From assembly GCA_024654535.1 (NCBI GenBank), contig JANLHL010000042.1:13312-77311 (forward strand): a DNA stretch of 64,000 bases. Reading direction: 5' to 3'. The stretch is from Candidatus Roizmanbacteria bacterium (GTDB lineage: Bacteria; Patescibacteriota; Microgenomatia; UBA1406). This document shows positions 1 to 9,651 of this stretch, piece by piece (position 1 is the stretch's first letter; every line of letters begins with the position of its first letter). The notes below the pieces were generated by a model. The model had not been told where the DNA came from and searched no databases. It saw nothing but the letters and a program-made list of their open reading frames with translations. The position numbers and the translations under genes are program-made.

Positions 1-236
1 GTGTAATTTGCTGCTTTGACTGAACCTGTAACAAACTGATCGGTATTGTTTCTGAATTGTACAAGTAGACGGGTTTCTTCGTTGGGTTTAACTTCTTTTT
101 CAATGACTGCTGGATATGCTGTTATTGAAAAATCTTTAGCTTGTGCGAATACTGTAGAACGAATTGCAAAGACTACGAACATTACTACACCTGCGCACGC
201 TAGTGCAATAGTTGTTTGAGTTATTTTATTTTTCAT
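1..236 (-). CDS. Partial (runs off window edge) secreted DUF916/WxL-interacting-like protein
   Basis: ATG at 236 on - strand reads MKNKITQTTIALACAGVVMFVVFAIRSTVFAQAKDFSITAYPAVIEKEVKPNEETRLLVQFRN. Signal peptide followed by a segment resembling the 8103..9113 N-terminus (ISLSVNPPQVQIITKPD...FVN). Not in ORF track. Confidence 0.55.
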   Translation of the reverse strand, partial: MKNKITQTTIALACAGVVMFVVFAIRSTVFAQAKDFSITAYPAVIEKEVKPNEETRLLVQFRNNTDQFVTGSVKAANY

Positions 237-243
237 AGGTATA

Positions 244-1653
244 TTAGAATTTCGGTGTTGCAACATAGGTAAGTTTATTAAAGTACGTTCCGGTTTGTTG
301 CGATGTGCTCACCGATAACCGTGGGCATGAATAGATTTGAGACCCGCTTGTTGAGCTAGACTTAGTCATTATAGTAACTGCACTCGAGGAAAATGGTTTG
401 TAGCCGCTTGCATTGGTAAATGCCGCCTCGGTTCCAGTAATGTTTGCAAGCGTATAACCGAAACCGTTATTCGTTGCGGTAGCCCATGCTGCTGGTGTCC
501 CGGTGGTACAGCTTGTATCACACGATGTATCTGGTATTGTAGTAACGCCAGCTCCATTTAAGCTCAATGCTTGGTCATATTGAGCAGTTAATACATATCC
601 ATTCGCAGAGTTCGTAGTAATCGCGTGTGTTTGTGCAGCGTCATAAAACGTATTCGTATTTATTATTGAGCCAAATGGTACGCTCGACGCTGTTGATGTT
701 ACCGATGTTGTTGTGCCACAAGCCGAGGTGCTCACATTTACTCCAGCTATCGTATATGAAATCGTTTCTTCTACAGTAGCGCTTACAAAAACCCCATCGA
801 CTGGAGCCACCTTTGTGATCGTTTTATCCTGAGGATTATTGCTTGAATCTTCGGTTTGTAGAATGATTGAATAACTATCGGCAATTCCGCGAGTATGTGT
901 TGTTCCTGATGGAGCAGGGTTGATAAAGCGCAGTGTCGTATCAGATACGTCTCCAACAACAAATGAATATGAGCTACCCGCATTGAGTGCTGATGACAGT
1001 GTCATGAGTATGACATTATATCCAGCACCATAAGTGAGAGTTGCTGCAGACTTTGTGAAACCGGTTGGTGTCACGTAGGTATTTATGTTCCCTGTTGTTA
1101 GTTTATTGACGTCGAAACCAGAGTTATCTGGTATGCCGTCATTATAGTTGCTTGTTGCTGAAGCTACGGATAATCGTATATATCCACCAGATGCTATCGC
1201 CGTTCTCGGCGTGAATGTTACGGTGAGTCGCGCAGACTGCGTTGAAACAACCGCTGTTCCTGCAGTAAGCGCATTGGCTATGGCAGAAGTAACAGCAATT
1301 TGCGTAGATGTGGGGGTAGAAGCAACAGTATAGGTTGCTTGGCTGCTACACCCATTTGAAGCAGGATTGTTAAAACAAAGAACATCGTTTGGCCATATAT
1401 TGTACGTATTATTATCCGGGTTGCCCGAGTTAGCTATTATTACATTTGTTGCATTAGCTCCAGTTGTTGTGCCAACTTTTGCATAATATGATAGGCGAGA
1501 ATTGGTCAATGTTGTATAGGCTTGTGTGAAGTTCAATACCTGAGCATGAGCAGGGGTGGCCGAAAACGCAAAAATAGCGAAAAAACCAAAGAAAAACAAT
1601 GATCCTTTAATGAGTAAAGGCATTTGTACGGTGTTATTTAATTTCGTTTTCAC
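244..1653 (-). CDS. Secreted Ser/Thr-rich beta-strand surface protein with C-terminal WxL/pilin-like domain
   Basis: Signal peptide ending AHA-Q. C-terminal domain (IPDTSC...W...GFGY...YKPF...QTGTY...LTYVATPKF) is paralogous to 7175..8014. Confidence 0.6.
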   Translation of the reverse strand: MKTKLNNTVQMPLLIKGSLFFFGFFAIFAFSATPAHAQVLNFTQAYTTLTNSRLSYYAKVGTTTGANATNVIIANSGNPDNNTYNIWPNDVLCFNNPASNGCSSQATYTVASTPTSTQIAVTSAIANALTAGTAVVSTQSARLTVTFTPRTAIASGGYIRLSVASATSNYNDGIPDNSGFDVNKLTTGNINTYVTPTGFTKSAATLTYGAGYNVILMTLSSALNAGSSYSFVVGDVSDTTLRFINPAPSGTTHTRGIADSYSIILQTEDSSNNPQDKTITKVAPVDGVFVSATVEETISYTIAGVNVSTSACGTTTSVTSTASSVPFGSIINTNTFYDAAQTHAITTNSANGYVLTAQYDQALSLNGAGVTTIPDTSCDTSCTTGTPAAWATATNNGFGYTLANITGTEAAFTNASGYKPFSSSAVTIMTKSSSTSGSQIYSCPRLSVSTSQQTGTYFNKLTYVATPKF

Positions 1654-1830
1654 TTCTTATTTGTGCGTTAAGCATTAATTTGTCGATATACTTTAACTTC
1701 ACTACCCACGAGATAGGTACAGTATTATATTCTCTTCGATTAATGTCAAGTGAATATTGTGTTATGTAGTTGATTCTTAATAAGAATGCGTTTTGGAAAG
1801 TGATGCAAATTTCACTTGCGTGCTTAGTAG

Positions 1831-2856
1831 TTAAAGTAGCCCTATGGCAGGATCTATTTCCAAACTTGTGAATCTGTCGCTTAAAACGGCCTTTATAACA
1901 TCTTGATCAAGTGCGCCCATAACATCTGTAAGTATTGTATATAGCTCTGGTGACGTTTCTCGTACACGTTCAATATCATTCATTGAAATACCTGCTTTCA
2001 TAAGTCTTCTTGCAAAATTCTCTACTTCGTAATGACCCATACGTCTTGTGGGCAAATTCAATGCCCTAAGGCATTGAAGCGCTACTTCAGGTGAATGAAC
2101 GATTAGCTTTGGTAAGAATCGTATTAATGTACTCAACCTCTGCCTAGGAATGAGAAGATTCTCTCTATTCAAACTGGTTAGCTCTTCGAAATAGTTGACG
2201 TCGTAGTATGTAGTAGGTGCAGTTGGGGGTTTCAGTATTTGAGGTGGATAATATTCTGCAATACCTTGCGGAGTATGTCTCTGAACAGTTCTACCAAATG
2301 GTTCAAGATAACCCACTCGTATATCAATTTCTAATCCAGTTAAGTTGGGCATTGTGAAACTGTCTTCAATTTCCATTCTCATTATGCTGGCAATGACTGC
2401 TCCCACACCAGGGCCGTATTGCAGAGAAGCCTCGCCAATAAGCTTGACTTGCAGGGCAGCACCGATGAACGTATCATCAGCTAAATCGTTATAATAGGAG
2501 AGATTCTGTGCTGCGGCTCTTTGTTTGGCGGTAAACGCGCGTTTCATATACCTCTCTAATTCTGGTGCAAAGCACATACTTTGAGGATTAGAAATTTGTG
2601 CATTCTGTGCATGCATCATCATCATGAGTAATAATGGGTTTTCACCTGTATCTTGGCGATTAAACATATAGTGAGCTGCAACTGCTGCAAAATTTCTAAC
2701 AAAGCCAGTATCATTCTCGTCTTTGAAAATGTGGGTAAGCATATATAGGGGCAGATCTTTTCCGGTAAGCCGTGCTGAATTATGTAGAAAGTCGGGAAGG
2801 CTCAAGCCTCCCGAAATATATTGCTCACGCAAAGCGGCTTCATGTTCTAATGCCAT
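1831..2856 (-). CDS. Hypothetical protein
   Basis: 341-aa ORF filling the gap; no recognisable motif. Confidence 0.55.
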   Translation of the reverse strand: MALEHEAALREQYISGGLSLPDFLHNSARLTGKDLPLYMLTHIFKDENDTGFVRNFAAVAAHYMFNRQDTGENPLLLMMMMHAQNAQISNPQSMCFAPELERYMKRAFTAKQRAAAQNLSYYNDLADDTFIGAALQVKLIGEASLQYGPGVGAVIASIMRMEIEDSFTMPNLTGLEIDIRVGYLEPFGRTVQRHTPQGIAEYYPPQILKPPTAPTTYYDVNYFEELTSLNRENLLIPRQRLSTLIRFLPKLIVHSPEVALQCLRALNLPTRRMGHYEVENFARRLMKAGISMNDIERVRETSPELYTILTDVMGALDQDVIKAVLSDRFTSLEIDPAIGLL

Positions 2857-3030
2857 ATATATGCAGTGTAAAGCTTATAAAAGCTGCAAACTTATATATT
2901 ATAGGATACCACAGAGGAGTGGTGAATTCAAAACATAATACATACTATTCAATTTGTTCAAACTGAGCGTAAATCATCAATGTTCGATAAACGTATTGAC
3001 AAAAATGTTAACGAGTGTTACTTTTATGTC

Positions 3031-3783
3031 ATGGCAACAAAAACACCGAACATCAAAGAAAGGCGTATACGCATACTCTTAACACTATTTTTACTTGATA
3101 AAACACGTCCGCACAATATATTTGATGATACGATAAAAAAAGTATTTTCACTACCATCGGACTCGCCAAGGACTCGAGGAACGCTCCGTCAGATGCTTGC
3201 AGATGAAGTAATAAAAAAAGAAGAAAAACTTTATAGAATAACGAACGTGGGTCTTTCAGAGCTTGCTTTATCCTTCCCGTTCGTTCGTTTCATGGAGATG
3301 CAGTGGGACGGCTTGTATAGAATTTTGTCGTATGAAGTGCCAGAACATAAAAGGAAATTGCGTGATAGTTTGCGCAGGGAAATAAGTGGATGGGGGTTTG
3401 GTCCGTGGCATAGATCATTTTGGGTGACACCGCATCCTATTGTAGCTGATTTGAAAGCACTTATAACGAACACGCCCTATGAGCCCTTTGTACAGATGTT
3501 TGAGGGTAAAACAGTTGTTGGCGATGAAAAAATACTGCTTGAGAAGGTATGGAACACTCCTAAAATAGAGGAGGGCTATAAGATATTGTTTCGGCAATGG
3601 CATGAAGTTTTGTCGAAAGAAGATTTAAACGGTAGTGAAAAACTGAGTAAGATTTTTTCTCTGTATACCGATATGCTCAAAATAGATCCGGGATTACCTT
3701 CTGCACTTGTCGGAGAAAAGTGGATTGGCCGAGAAGCATACGATATTTTTGTCGAAATGCGTGGGATTTTGCTCACAAAGTAA
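3031..3783 (+). CDS. PaaX-family transcriptional regulator
   Basis: N-terminal wHTH (YRITNVG), WDG...SYEVPEHKRKLRDSLR...GFG...SFWVTP and C-terminal DPGLPSALVGEKWIG are typical PaaX motifs. Start moved to ATG 3031 (TTGACA-17-TACTTT-6-ATG). Confidence 0.8.
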   Translation: MATKTPNIKERRIRILLTLFLLDKTRPHNIFDDTIKKVFSLPSDSPRTRGTLRQMLADEVIKKEEKLYRITNVGLSELALSFPFVRFMEMQWDGLYRILSYEVPEHKRKLRDSLRREISGWGFGPWHRSFWVTPHPIVADLKALITNTPYEPFVQMFEGKTVVGDEKILLEKVWNTPKIEEGYKILFRQWHEVLSKEDLNGSEKLSKIFSLYTDMLKIDPGLPSALVGEKWIGREAYDIFVEMRGILLTK

Positions 3784-4624
3784 TTACCACGTCTCCCTCC
3801 GTATCTGTTCTTCGTTTTGGAATGTGTAAGGCTTCCAATAGGTCTATGGTTTCTTTGTGTGGATGTCCATAGATATTGCCTTTACCTGAACTTATCACAG
3901 CAACTGCAGGTTGGCTCATGCGTACGAGTTTTTTCGATATGCCGTATCGAGAGCCATGATGATTCACTTTCCAAATAGTGTTTTTAAGTACGTATCCTTG
4001 CAATGCTTTTTCTGCAACAGCACTATCCATATCGGATAGTAAAAGAACTGTCTTTGTGCCGTGATCACCGTACATTGTTGTATATATGCCGAGCGCAGTA
4101 TTGTTTGAGTCGGAAAGGTTAAGATTTGTATTTGTATACATATTTTTCTCTGGCCAAACAACAGTAAAAAGGGAAGATCCAAAATGAGCACGATCTCCTT
4201 TAAATAATGGCTGTAAAAGTATATGTTTTTTCACTAGTGAAGCTCGTATATCGTGCCAAAATTGCGGATATGCTGTCGTCGATAATGGTAAAAGCCCTGC
4301 ACTTGATGTATAGATAGACTTAATGGTATACGATTGAATGAGGTTAAGTAGTCCCGACGCATGGTCTGATTGAGCGTGGGTAATGAAAATGGCTTCAATG
4401 GTTCGATCAAAAAGCGGCATGTTCCTGTTCAGACAATTTGTAACATATGAACCTTTTCCCGTGTCTACTAAGACATCAGATCCATTCGGAAGTCGAAAAT
4501 ATATTGCATCACCTTGCCCAACATCGCAGAATACGACCCTTGGTGTATATCGTGATAGTGTAGAAACAAAGAGAAATAGTGATAGCAATCCCGAACCGAT
4601 AAGTATGTAAAGCGTGTGCTTCAT
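3773..4624 (-). CDS. ComEC-type metallo-beta-lactamase domain protein (stand-alone)
   Basis: DVGQGDA, ITHAQSDHASG, KVNHHGS, N.YGHPH and RTD.EG motifs. Confidence 0.85.
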   Translation of the reverse strand: MKHTLYILIGSGLLSLFLFVSTLSRYTPRVVFCDVGQGDAIYFRLPNGSDVLVDTGKGSYVTNCLNRNMPLFDRTIEAIFITHAQSDHASGLLNLIQSYTIKSIYTSSAGLLPLSTTAYPQFWHDIRASLVKKHILLQPLFKGDRAHFGSSLFTVVWPEKNMYTNTNLNLSDSNNTALGIYTTMYGDHGTKTVLLLSDMDSAVAEKALQGYVLKNTIWKVNHHGSRYGISKKLVRMSQPAVAVISSGKGNIYGHPHKETIDLLEALHIPKRRTDTEGDVVITL

Positions 4625-5430
4625 ATATGAATCACACATAAACTGGCTACAACAGATCCTACTCGAACGATTATGAGGAGTGCATTAATGAGCCCAAAGA
4701 GAATATATGCACCCACCATCGCCAATGGAGCATATACGTGGTAGAGTACACTTTCTATTACCCCAAAGACCATTATTGGCTCGATGAGCCATCCGACCGC
4801 TATGTTCATAGGAATGCTAAATAAGGATAACTCTCTAAAATAAGCTAAAAGCAGGGGAGTTGTAAAAATTTGAGCGCTGAGAGTGAGAGCTCCCGCATCT
4901 ATACAATAGACGACGATATCTTTACGGAGCGTAATAATGTGAAGTAGCCATGAACGGATGGGTAGGTAGAAAAGTAAGATACCCAACGTGGCCCCTGCTG
5001 ACAGTAAAAATGAGACAGAAGTTATCCATTGCGGGTATACGATAAGTAAGCCAGTTACTGTGATGATAAATGCCCACAGGCCCGAAATGGGGGCGTTAAA
5101 AATGAGCGCTAGAGAGGCGATACTTGCCATACATACAGCACGCAAAATAGGAGGATCTCTAAATAGGGCGAGGTAGAAAGCTGCAATGATAATGGTGAGA
5201 ATTGCTTTTATTTTGTAGCCTATTTTTTTTTCGAGTCCAGCAAAAAAACCAAGTAATAGTGTGATATTTTGTCCAGATAAAACCAAGAGGTGTACTAAGC
5301 CCGTCACTTTGAACACATCATACATATCCTGTGTCAGCGCAGTCTTTTGTCCCCATACCATTGCTGCGGCAACAGAAGCTATATCATGGGGGAGTAGTAG
5401 AAAATACGGACGGATGAGTGCGTCAATCAT
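4621..5430 (-). CDS. comEC: ComEC/Rec2 competence membrane domain protein
   Basis: TGLVHLLVLSGQN, PPILRA, SFLLS and multiple TM segments. The ORF-track extension 5431-5529 is repeat-derived. Confidence 0.85.
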   Translation of the reverse strand: MIDALIRPYFLLLPHDIASVAAAMVWGQKTALTQDMYDVFKVTGLVHLLVLSGQNITLLLGFFAGLEKKIGYKIKAILTIIIAAFYLALFRDPPILRAVCMASIASLALIFNAPISGLWAFIITVTGLLIVYPQWITSVSFLLSAGATLGILLFYLPIRSWLLHIITLRKDIVVYCIDAGALTLSAQIFTTPLLLAYFRELSLFSIPMNIAVGWLIEPIMVFGVIESVLYHVYAPLAMVGAYILFGLINALLIIVRVGSVVASLCVIHI

Positions 5431-5449
5431 TTCTGCGAAATGATAATAA

Positions 5450-5611
5450 CCAATGACCAATATCAAATTTCCAACTTGACTCTCCGGTAGGCGGGAGAAC
5501 GTCAAAACCCCAATTTTCAAAAAATACATTTGGATTGATTGGAAACTGTTTTAATTTGATATTTGCCATTTGAACTTTATTGGATATTTGAAATTGGGTA
5601 TTGGATATTGC
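5450..5611. repeat. ~7-nt-periodic inverted-repeat element (CAAAT/CAAT arm facing ATTTG/ATTGG arm) with internal GC hairpin
   Basis: caatgaccaatatcaaatttccaa...tttgaaattgggtattggatattg; internal tctcc-ggtaggcg-ggaga stem at 5481-5498. Confidence 0.6.
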
Positions 5612-5620
5612 TACTAACAG

Positions 5621-6184
5621 CTATAATTCTATTAAGGCTTTAATATTTTCGAATGTCTTTTGTCCCAGTACTTTTTTACCGACTAATTCATCAATACTTT
5701 CGTACGGCCTATTTTTAACAATTTTGCTTGCTGTGACAGGCCCAACCCCTGGTAGGAGTTCAAGTTGAGAAGTGGTGGCGGTATTAATACGTACGGACGA
5801 TAGTGTTGCTTCTACACTTTCTGTGCGCTCTATTAGGAAAGATATATAAATTTTTTCTTCATCTATGACGTTCTTGGATAAGTTCATATTTTTAGCAACG
5901 TAATATCGATCTGCCTGTTCGATCAAACCTCCTGCATTTGTAAGCGCGTGTACTAATCGTGCATTTTCTTGAAGTTCATATACCCCGGGTTTTTGTACGG
6001 CACCTTCGATATCCACAACAACAACAGATTTTTGAACATTCTCTATATGAGGGGGTTCTATTTCTGGCTGTGACGACATACCTTGTCTTAATATAATGAG
6101 TGTTACTATAATGCACAGGATTGAAATAACTAATCCTATAAGAGGGATGTTCGGCCTTTTTAAAAATTTGTGTATTTTTTCCAT
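5621..6184 (-). CDS. comEA: ComEA DNA-uptake protein (SLBB + HhH)
   Basis: N-terminal TM; VDIEGAVQKPGVYEL (SLBB); INTAT...LELLPGVGPVTA.KI..NRPY (HhH). Confidence 0.9.
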   Translation of the reverse strand: MEKIHKFLKRPNIPLIGLVISILCIIVTLIILRQGMSSQPEIEPPHIENVQKSVVVVDIEGAVQKPGVYELQENARLVHALTNAGGLIEQADRYYVAKNMNLSKNVIDEEKIYISFLIERTESVEATLSSVRINTATTSQLELLPGVGPVTASKIVKNRPYESIDELVGKKVLGQKTFENIKALIEL

Positions 6185-6261
6185 AGTACTTTCATACAGT
6201 GTCTGTAAGCGAGTTGCAATGGATTACATACGACAAAATAGGAGAAGTAGAAGGTAATAAC

Positions 6262-6425
6262 AATAATATCCAATGTCAAATACCCAATACCCAAGTAATG
6301 TCAAATGACAAAGTCCAAATTACAAATGAAATCACAAATCCAAATGTCAAAATAAGACAAGGTTCGATTTTTGACGTTGGAACTTTGTCATTTATTTGAC
6401 ATTGGATATTGGGATTTTGACATTC
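6262..6425. repeat. ~7-nt-periodic inverted-repeat element
   Basis: Perfect 18-bp IR aatatccaatgtcaaata (6265-6282) / tatttgacattggatatt (6393-6410); 26 nt (6387-6412) identical to 15674-15699. Confidence 0.8.
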
Positions 6426-6453
6426 TTTCTCTGTTCTATGTTATTCTTTTTAT

Positions 6454-7143
6454 ATGCAAAATAAGCTTTCTTACCCTTTAGAATTGTTTGGCGTTGTTAT
6501 AACCACATTTGCAGCGCTTTTTTTTGTCTATTCACCTTTTGCAAACTATGATTTACAGGTTGTAGCGGTATTATTTATCGCTTATTTTTTTCTACGAAAA
6601 CAGTTTTCTATGAGTCCTTTTTTATATCTTATTGAAGCGCTCATATTTATATTTATCGTTCTTATGACGGTTTTTGAAACGGGAGGAATGTCTTCGCCTT
6701 TTTTCTTTTTACTGTATTTTTTGTTGTTTGCTGTTTCTCTACTCCTAACAGGTTCGATAAGTCTGATACTGACATTACTACTGGTTGTATTATTTTTATT
6801 TTCCTCTCCCTCGGGAAGTGTCATGACATTTATGCCTGTCTTTTCATTACCCTTTATTGCGCCGTTTGCGCAATATTTGGGTTTTCTAAAAACGAAATAT
6901 ACTCGTCAGCGTGAATTATTAGGACAAATTGAGAAGAAGAAAGCGAGGATAGAAAAGTCTAAAACTTATGAAAAAGAACAGACGCTTATTTTCTTAACAA
7001 CAGCGTTGTATAGACAAATAGAAGATATGAACGAACGCATCACTAACTTTATGGGAGACGCAGACTTAGACTACTTACGTACAAAAATAAAACAAGTACA
7101 GAAGTTAATACATGAATTTAGAGAGTATATCGAAAAGATATAA
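6454..7143 (+). CDS. Membrane protein (several TMs plus C-terminal coiled coil; resembles a truncated sensor-kinase input region)
   Basis: Hydrophobic N-half with TGGMSSPFFFLLYF; charged helical C-tail; no HATPase domain. Confidence 0.6.
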   Translation: MQNKLSYPLELFGVVITTFAALFFVYSPFANYDLQVVAVLFIAYFFLRKQFSMSPFLYLIEALIFIFIVLMTVFETGGMSSPFFFLLYFLLFAVSLLLTGSISLILTLLLVVLFLFSSPSGSVMTFMPVFSLPFIAPFAQYLGFLKTKYTRQRELLGQIEKKKARIEKSKTYEKEQTLIFLTTALYRQIEDMNERITNFMGDADLDYLRTKIKQVQKLIHEFREYIEKI

Positions 7144-7174
7144 AGGCAATATCCAAGTTCAAATATTGTAGAAA

Positions 7175-8014
7175 ATGAAAACACTTTTTTCGCAGATGAT
7201 GCAATTTGTTTGCGATCGAACCACTCCGATTGCCATCGGAGTAAAGAGCAGCGATCACTGCACAAATCGCATACATCTGCTCAAATATTCAACCATAGTA
7301 ATATTAGTCGGAATTCTTTTGTTCCTCATTTTTACCTCAGCTTCTACTGTAAGAGCGATTGACATGAGCTCGTCGAGTTACCGTATTATTTTTGGCACAC
7401 TCAATAGTGGTGGGAGTAGAACCACTTCATCGGGGTATAAATTGGATATAAGCTTAGGTCAAGTTGCTGCAGCACAATTTAATTCATCGGGCTACGTGAT
7501 TAAGGCAGGTTTCCAATATGTACGTACGCTGACGCCGTTTTCTTTTACGCTCTCTGATACGTCACTTGATTTAGGTACACTATTGCCGAATACATTTTCA
7601 ACGCAACAGCTTAATGCAACTGTCAATCATAGAGGAGTTGGGTATCAGGTGGCAACTATAGCAGATACTCGACTAAAACAACTTTTTGGATCAGCAGAAA
7701 TTCCAGACACAAGTTGTAATGGTGGACCATCGACTTGTACAGAAACTACTGCTGCACTGTGGAATTCTACAGGAACCTATGGGTTTGGATATAATGCTAG
7801 TGGCGATGATATCAGTGGTGACTTTATAACGAGTAGTTATTTTAGACCATTCCCTACAAGGACTGATGCTGAGTCGGCAGCAACGTTTATGAGCTCAAAT
7901 GCAACGGCGGTAGCCCGGACTGCAACGGTGACGGTCAAAGCAAATATACAGGGAACACAAACTGCGGGTAATTATCAGACAATCTTGAGTTTTATAGCAA
8001 TACCAAAGTATTAA
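7175..8014 (+). CDS. Secreted WxL/pilin-like domain protein
   Basis: Signal peptide ending VRA; MSSSSYRI; C-terminal IPDTSC...W...GFGY...FRPF...QTAGNY...AIPKY paralogous to 244..1653. Confidence 0.6.
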   Translation: MKTLFSQMMQFVCDRTTPIAIGVKSSDHCTNRIHLLKYSTIVILVGILLFLIFTSASTVRAIDMSSSSYRIIFGTLNSGGSRTTSSGYKLDISLGQVAAAQFNSSGYVIKAGFQYVRTLTPFSFTLSDTSLDLGTLLPNTFSTQQLNATVNHRGVGYQVATIADTRLKQLFGSAEIPDTSCNGGPSTCTETTAALWNSTGTYGFGYNASGDDISGDFITSSYFRPFPTRTDAESAATFMSSNATAVARTATVTVKANIQGTQTAGNYQTILSFIAIPKY

Positions 8015-8178
8015 ATATACAATGCCAAATATCCAATATCCAACCCGCCTGCCCGCTTCGACGCGAGGCGAGCCGGCGAGGCAGGTAAATGCCAAAGCTC
8101 CAATGTCAAAGGTAGGCAATAAGAATTTGTCATTGATATTTTGTCATTCATTTGTCATTTGGATTTTGTCATTTGTCG
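8015..8178. repeat. ~7-nt-periodic inverted-repeat element with GC-rich cctgcc...ggcagg hairpin
   Basis: caatgccaaatatccaatatcc...tttgtcat repeats; hairpin 8048-8085. Confidence 0.7.
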
Positions 8179-9113
8179 TTACATTATTTTTACCATTCTA
8201 TTTCCCTGTTATGGCCCAGCAGATAAGTCTTTCTGTAAACCCACCGCAAGTGCAGATAATAACAAAACCGGACAAAAGCCTTACACAAGGATTCACGTTC
8301 GTGAATGATGGAGATGAAGGAATTTTTAGCATTCGGGTTGTGTCCTTCGAACCAACGATAAATGGAGGAAGAATAATGAAAGATAAAGCTGAGGGTCCAA
8401 TACGCTTTTCATTGGCAAATCCCACGATTCATATGGATGAGCCGTTTGCATTGAGTTCAAAAGAGCAAATACAAGCACTTCTTTCAGTGAGAGTCACTCC
8501 AGGAGCGCCAGAGGGTGATTATTACTATTCAATCATGCTTATTTCTCAGGCACCCGTTTCTCAGAGGACTTCGGCTCGTGGCGTTGGTGTCATTACAGCG
8601 AACATACTCATTACTGTTACTCATGATGGCTTTTTAGATAATCAGATTAAAGTAGCTCAATTTCAAGTGGTTCCAGATTATCAGATCAATCTTTTTGGAA
8701 CAACATACACTATTCTTACTCAATCACAGACAATTCCAGTCATATTCAGTGTTGCTAATATAGGTAAAAACCTGTTTTCGCCAACGGTTAAAGTGACACT
8801 TCAAGGACCGTTTGGTTTGGAGCGTAATGTTGAAATGATTCCAGTATTTTTATTGGCTCACACGCAGCGGCAACTTTTTGCAGAAAATGTAAATTGTCAG
8901 AATTGTACAAATAACCCAAGCGTTGTATTGAGAGGGAGTGGGTGGGGGAAGTATGTGGCAATAGCCGAAATAAATATTGAGGGAAGTGATAAAAAGTTGT
9001 ACGCGCAAACACAGTTTTGGGTCCTGCCAGTCTCGCTCATTATGTATGTTGCCATAGCGATTGGTACCGGAATGGTTATTCTCCTCATATTGAAGTTTAC
9101 AAAGCGCCATTAA
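8103..9113 (+). CDS. DUF916/WxL-interacting-like (PapD-like) surface protein with C-terminal membrane anchor
   Basis: LSVNPP...FVN, VTPGAPEGDYY, N.G...F.P, G.Y.A, FWVLP, then TM + KRH tail. Start uncertain (8022 or 8103). Confidence 0.6.
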   Translation: MSKVGNKNLSLIFCHSFVIWILSFVVTLFLPFYFPVMAQQISLSVNPPQVQIITKPDKSLTQGFTFVNDGDEGIFSIRVVSFEPTINGGRIMKDKAEGPIRFSLANPTIHMDEPFALSSKEQIQALLSVRVTPGAPEGDYYYSIMLISQAPVSQRTSARGVGVITANILITVTHDGFLDNQIKVAQFQVVPDYQINLFGTTYTILTQSQTIPVIFSVANIGKNLFSPTVKVTLQGPFGLERNVEMIPVFLLAHTQRQLFAENVNCQNCTNNPSVVLRGSGWGKYVAIAEINIEGSDKKLYAQTQFWVLPVSLIMYVAIAIGTGMVILLILKFTKRH

Positions 9114-9120
9114 TATGCGC

Positions 9121-9149
9121 TTGCATAATTTTAGATGGTACGTTATACT
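9121..9149 (+). promoter_or_regulatory. sigma70-type promoter for RRM gene with ~100-nt leader
   Basis: TTGCAT-17-TATACT; SD-like AAAGGGG before the TTG start at 9253. Confidence 0.55.
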
Positions 9150-9252
9150 TGTTTCTGTTTATAAATAACCTCAATTAAAGCCGAGAGGCAAACTTCAGAG
9201 AACTTTACTCGATATTATGCATTCATCTGTTTTTGAAAGGGGATGACTCACA

Positions 9253-9549
9253 TTGGATACAAATAATAATAGACTTTTTATTGGTAACGTTCCTTTTGGA
9301 GCTACCGAAGAAGATATAAAGGCTCATTTTGAAAAAACCCTTGGCGAAGGAAGCGTGCTTGAAGTACGTATAATTCGATACAAAGATACTGGTAAATCAC
9401 GTGGATTTGCTTTTATTACTGTAAAGGACGCCGCAACGGCAAAAATTGCAATTGAAAAATTGCACGAACAACCGTTGGAGACTGGTGACGTTTCTCGTAA
9501 CTTAATAGTAGCGGAAGCAAAACCTAGCCAACCGAGACAAGATCGATAA
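9253..9549 (+). CDS. RRM (RNP-1) RNA-binding protein
   Basis: RNP2 LFIGNV and RNP1 RGFAFI; TG.SRGF; LIVAEAKP. Confidence 0.9.
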   Translation: MDTNNNRLFIGNVPFGATEEDIKAHFEKTLGEGSVLEVRIIRYKDTGKSRGFAFITVKDAATAKIAIEKLHEQPLETGDVSRNLIVAEAKPSQPRQDR

Positions 9550-9570
9550 TAATCGATAGTTGTTAGTAAA

Positions 9571-9602
9571 AAAACCCGCTCGCCGTAAGGCGTGCGGGTT
9601 TT
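9571..9602. terminator. Intrinsic terminator (possibly bidirectional)
   Basis: aaaacccgctcgcc-gtaa-ggcgtgcgggtttt stem-loop right after the RRM gene. Confidence 0.75.
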
Positions 9603-9651
9603 GTTGTTATTGGGTATTGGTTATTGGATATTCCTTTGCTATACTCTCATC

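Noticed and set aside
3031..3783. Cas2-like central segment suggesting CRISPR-Cas
   Set aside because: It is the normal PaaX central domain; no cas genes or repeat-spacer array in the window.
6199..6399. 66-aa ORF (and similar ORFs at 15385-15892)
   Set aside because: Translations of the periodic repeat element or the tRNA, not credible genes.
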